Shown piece by piece: positions 61,641 to 64,000 of a stretch of 64,000 nt of DNA. The stretch comes from Thermoplasmata archaeon (lineage in GTDB: Archaea; Thermoplasmatota; Thermoplasmata; Lutacidiplasmatales; UBA184): NCBI GenBank assembly GCA_028864975.1, contig JAGWLG010000006.1:32001-96000 (forward strand), read 5' to 3'. The stretch's first letter is position 1, and each line of letters starts with the position of its first letter. The translations under genes and the position numbers were made by a program. The notes beneath the pieces were generated by a model, which saw only the letters and a list, made by a program, of their open reading frames with translations, was not told where the DNA came from and did no database searches.

Positions 61641-62660
61641 CTACGGGGGGCTATAGACCTTGAGCGTGCGCAGGAGCAACGCCCGGTCACCGGAGCCGAT
61701 GCCCCCGGAGGGCGTGCAGGCGAAGAGTGCCCCCTTGCCCTCGGCGAGGAGCTCCCCGATGATCGAGAGGAAGTTCCGCGTCGGCTCCACCCCATTGGCC
61801 GAGAGCAACATGGGGAGGTCCGAGAGAAGCACGACCCCGCTGGGGACGCGCTTGATGAACTCGTCGACCGTGTTGAGCATCGCCGGAAGGTTCCCGGCCT
61901 CGAGCGAAAGCAACCCTAGGCCCTCCCCCTGGACCAGGTCGTAGACCCGCACGTGGGAGAGGTCGCGGCGGGAGCGGAGCTCCTTGCCGTGCTCGGCGGT
62001 GATCGCGAGGCCCCCGCGGCGACGAGCTTCGCTCGCGAACAACGTGAGGGCGTCCACCCCGCCACCCGACTCGAGAAGGAGGGCCCCGGACAGGACGTGG
62101 GTCCCGCGACCCTTGGGCGCTTCGACGGGTACCCCGGGTCCGGGCAGTGGCGCGACCCCCCCCTCGGTGGGCGTGGCGGCGAGGATCCAGCGCAACTCCA
62201 GCACGGCCCGGTCGGGTCCGTCACTCTCGGCGAGCAGCTTTCCCACGACCCGCCGCTGGAGCAGTTCGGAGACCGCGCCCACCAGGAAACCGCGGGTGAA
62301 CTCCATTCGTGTCTCCCGCGAGGCCCCGCTCGCGGCCTCCGCGACCCTGGAGAGCTCGAGAAGGAGGTGGTCATCCCCGGACTCGCGGGTCTTGATCTTG
62401 GCCAGCCCGATCTGAGCGGACATCGCCGGGATGACCTCGCCCAGCTCCTTCGCGTCCCGCACCTCGACCTGGCTCTGAAGGACCTGCCCCGCCCCGCAGC
62501 GTGCGCCGAAGGCCTGGACCACCTCCGCGACCTTGTCCTCGCGAAGGTAGAGACGAAGCGTGTTCTTGAGGAAAGCGAGGTCGCGGCTCGGTAGCGCGAG
62601 ATAGTTCGCCCGGACGGGCCCCTTCTCCCCGGCTGGCACCACGCCCACGACCGACCTCAC
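61641..62660 (-). CDS. V4R (Bet3-like) domain fused to DUF835 (inactive RecA/KaiC-like) domain
   Basis: N-half ...GLAKIK...LLLEL...FTRGFLVGAVSELLQRRV...VLEL matches V4R pattern; C-half GLAITAEHG...VVLLSDLPMLLSANG...RNFL matches DUF835 pattern. Confidence 0.75.
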   Translation of the reverse strand: MRSVVGVVPAGEKGPVRANYLALPSRDLAFLKNTLRLYLREDKVAEVVQAFGARCGAGQVLQSQVEVRDAKELGEVIPAMSAQIGLAKIKTRESGDDHLLLELSRVAEAASGASRETRMEFTRGFLVGAVSELLQRRVVGKLLAESDGPDRAVLELRWILAATPTEGGVAPLPGPGVPVEAPKGRGTHVLSGALLLESGGGVDALTLFASEARRRGGLAITAEHGKELRSRRDLSHVRVYDLVQGEGLGLLSLEAGNLPAMLNTVDEFIKRVPSGVVLLSDLPMLLSANGVEPTRNFLSIIGELLAEGKGALFACTPSGGIGSGDRALLLRTLKVYSPP

Positions 62661-62727
62661 CTCCCCATCGAGCCCCGCACCTCAGATGAAAGTATCGCGC
62701 CCGCCCCGAGCGCCCCCGGGCTCGTGG

Positions 62728-64000
62728 TCAGCGCAGATGGGCGTCGGCCAGGTAGGCCAGGACCTTCTCCGCGGAAGCTTCCACGCTCGCGCCGGCCGTG
62801 TCGACGATGAGGTCGGCATGGGCGGGAGGTTCGAAGGGGTCGTTGATCCCAACCATCCTTGGGATGAGCCCCTGCGCGGCCCTCCGGTACAGGCCCTTCG
62901 TGTCCCTCTTCTGGCATTCTTCGAGGGGGCATCGGAGCCAGACCTCGACGAAGCGCTCGCCGCCGTTCGTCCGCGCCGCCTTCCGAGCGGCTTCGTGAGG
63001 CGTGCTCATCGGGACCAGCGTGGCGGCCCCGTTCTCTGCCAGCAGATGCGCGAGATGTCCCAAGCGTGCCGCGCGCCGCTCACGATCGGCCCGGGTGTGT
63101 TCGGCCGAGGTCTTGATCAATCGACGCGTCTCGGAGCCGTCCAGCACCTCCGCCCGCCATCCCTCGGCCCGTAGACCCTCCGCGACGGCCTTGGCGACGG
63201 TGGATTTGCCAGAGGAAGGGAGCCCCTCGACCCAGACGACGAAGCCCAGGCCCTCCTCGGCCCTCGCCGAGCGCCGCACGCCGTGAGGTGCTGAAGGCCG
63301 CTGGACCGAGACGGATTGACCCACCCCGTCGGGAGTGGTGGGGCCGGCCACCCGGGCGTTCGCCGGTAGGTTCCGGACGACCCGAACGACCAGCAGTCCT
63401 ACCGTGCCGACGGCCAGGAAGAGGACCACCCAACCTATCTGCTGGCTGACCCGCGTGACCGCGACGAACAGGCCGAAGGCGATGAACGCGGTGTTCGTGA
63501 ACGCGACGACCCGCAGGAAGCGACCGCGCGACAGGGAGCGGAACGCGAAGATCCCGAGAGGCACCCCGACGATCACCGGTAGGGCCAGGAGCGGCACCAA
63601 CGAAAGCGACGCGGTGGTGAAGAGGGCCTTCTGCGGGACCAACAGCGTGAAGGTCAGGTACGATACCGTCGTGAGGCTGGTCTCTGCGACACGGATCTGC
63701 GCCAGCGTGCACCGGAACTCGTTCTTCCCAAGGTTCTGGTTGGTCCAAAAGGCCGCGAGCGGCGGGCCCGAGATGGTCGTGAGCGCGTAGAGGAACCCGA
63801 TCCCTGTCCCTAGCCAAGGACCCCACTTCTGCTCCTGACGCACCGGGCGACGGACCCCCAGGATCTGGAGCATGGTGAAAGGTAGCAACGTCGAAAAGAC
63901 GATGATCCGCACGGTCGGAGTCGAGAGGGAGGTCAGCGCGAACGTCCCGAGCGCCACTCCCGGGGCGATCCCCAGGATCACGGGCAGCGCCCGTCGCCAA
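62728..64000 (-). CDS. TauE/SafE-like membrane domain fused to adenylyl-sulfate (APS) kinase domain (5'-truncated by window end)
   Basis: Frame open to 64000; TM region with ISGPPLAAFW; C-terminal GLPSSGKST, FVEVWLRCPLEECQKRDTKGLY, GINDPFEPP. Confidence 0.88.
   Translation of the reverse strand, partial: WRRALPVILGIAPGVALGTFALTSLSTPTVRIIVFSTLLPFTMLQILGVRRPVRQEQKWGPWLGTGIGFLYALTTISGPPLAAFWTNQNLGKNEFRCTLAQIRVAETSLTTVSYLTFTLLVPQKALFTTASLSLVPLLALPVIVGVPLGIFAFRSLSRGRFLRVVAFTNTAFIAFGLFVAVTRVSQQIGWVVLFLAVGTVGLLVVRVVRNLPANARVAGPTTPDGVGQSVSVQRPSAPHGVRRSARAEEGLGFVVWVEGLPSSGKSTVAKAVAEGLRAEGWRAEVLDGSETRRLIKTSAEHTRADRERRAARLGHLAHLLAENGAATLVPMSTPHEAARKAARTNGGERFVEVWLRCPLEECQKRDTKGLYRRAAQGLIPRMVGINDPFEPPAHADLIVDTAGASVEASAEKVLAYLADAHLR

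Overview
GC-rich (roughly 65-70% by eye) archaeal chromosomal segment, most consistent with class Thermoplasmata. Markers are prefoldin beta, Pcc1, NOG1, archaeal-type TPI, a beta-CASP RNase, KaiC/DUF835 proteins, TATA-box promoters and an intron-containing tRNA. It is densely coding with about 65 genes, mostly housekeeping or metabolic (gcvPA/PB, pfkA, tpiA, pyk, glnA, purB, arcC, mtnA, ubiD, GGPP synthase, NAD kinase, IMPase, cyclophilin, Bcp). I found no integrase, transposase, prophage or CRISPR array. The most interesting elements are: (1) a three-gene operon encoding a V4R(Bet3-like)-DUF835 protein, a Rab/Ran-like small GTPase and a PH-like/zinc-ribbon protein, with a possible GOLD-like gene nearby; (2) a vWA + atypical TRAFAC GTPase + large GAP1-N/DENN-like coiled-coil cluster; (3) a tRNA-Asp(GTC) with a 32-nt BHB intron in the T-loop (59/60); (4) a solitary DUF262/GmrSD-like protein whose HNH site appears dead; (5) a TauE-APS kinase fusion, a PPi-type PFK, a possible GDGT-modifying radical SAM enzyme and a structured glnA leader. 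All family assignments come from motifs read by eye; no database search was run.
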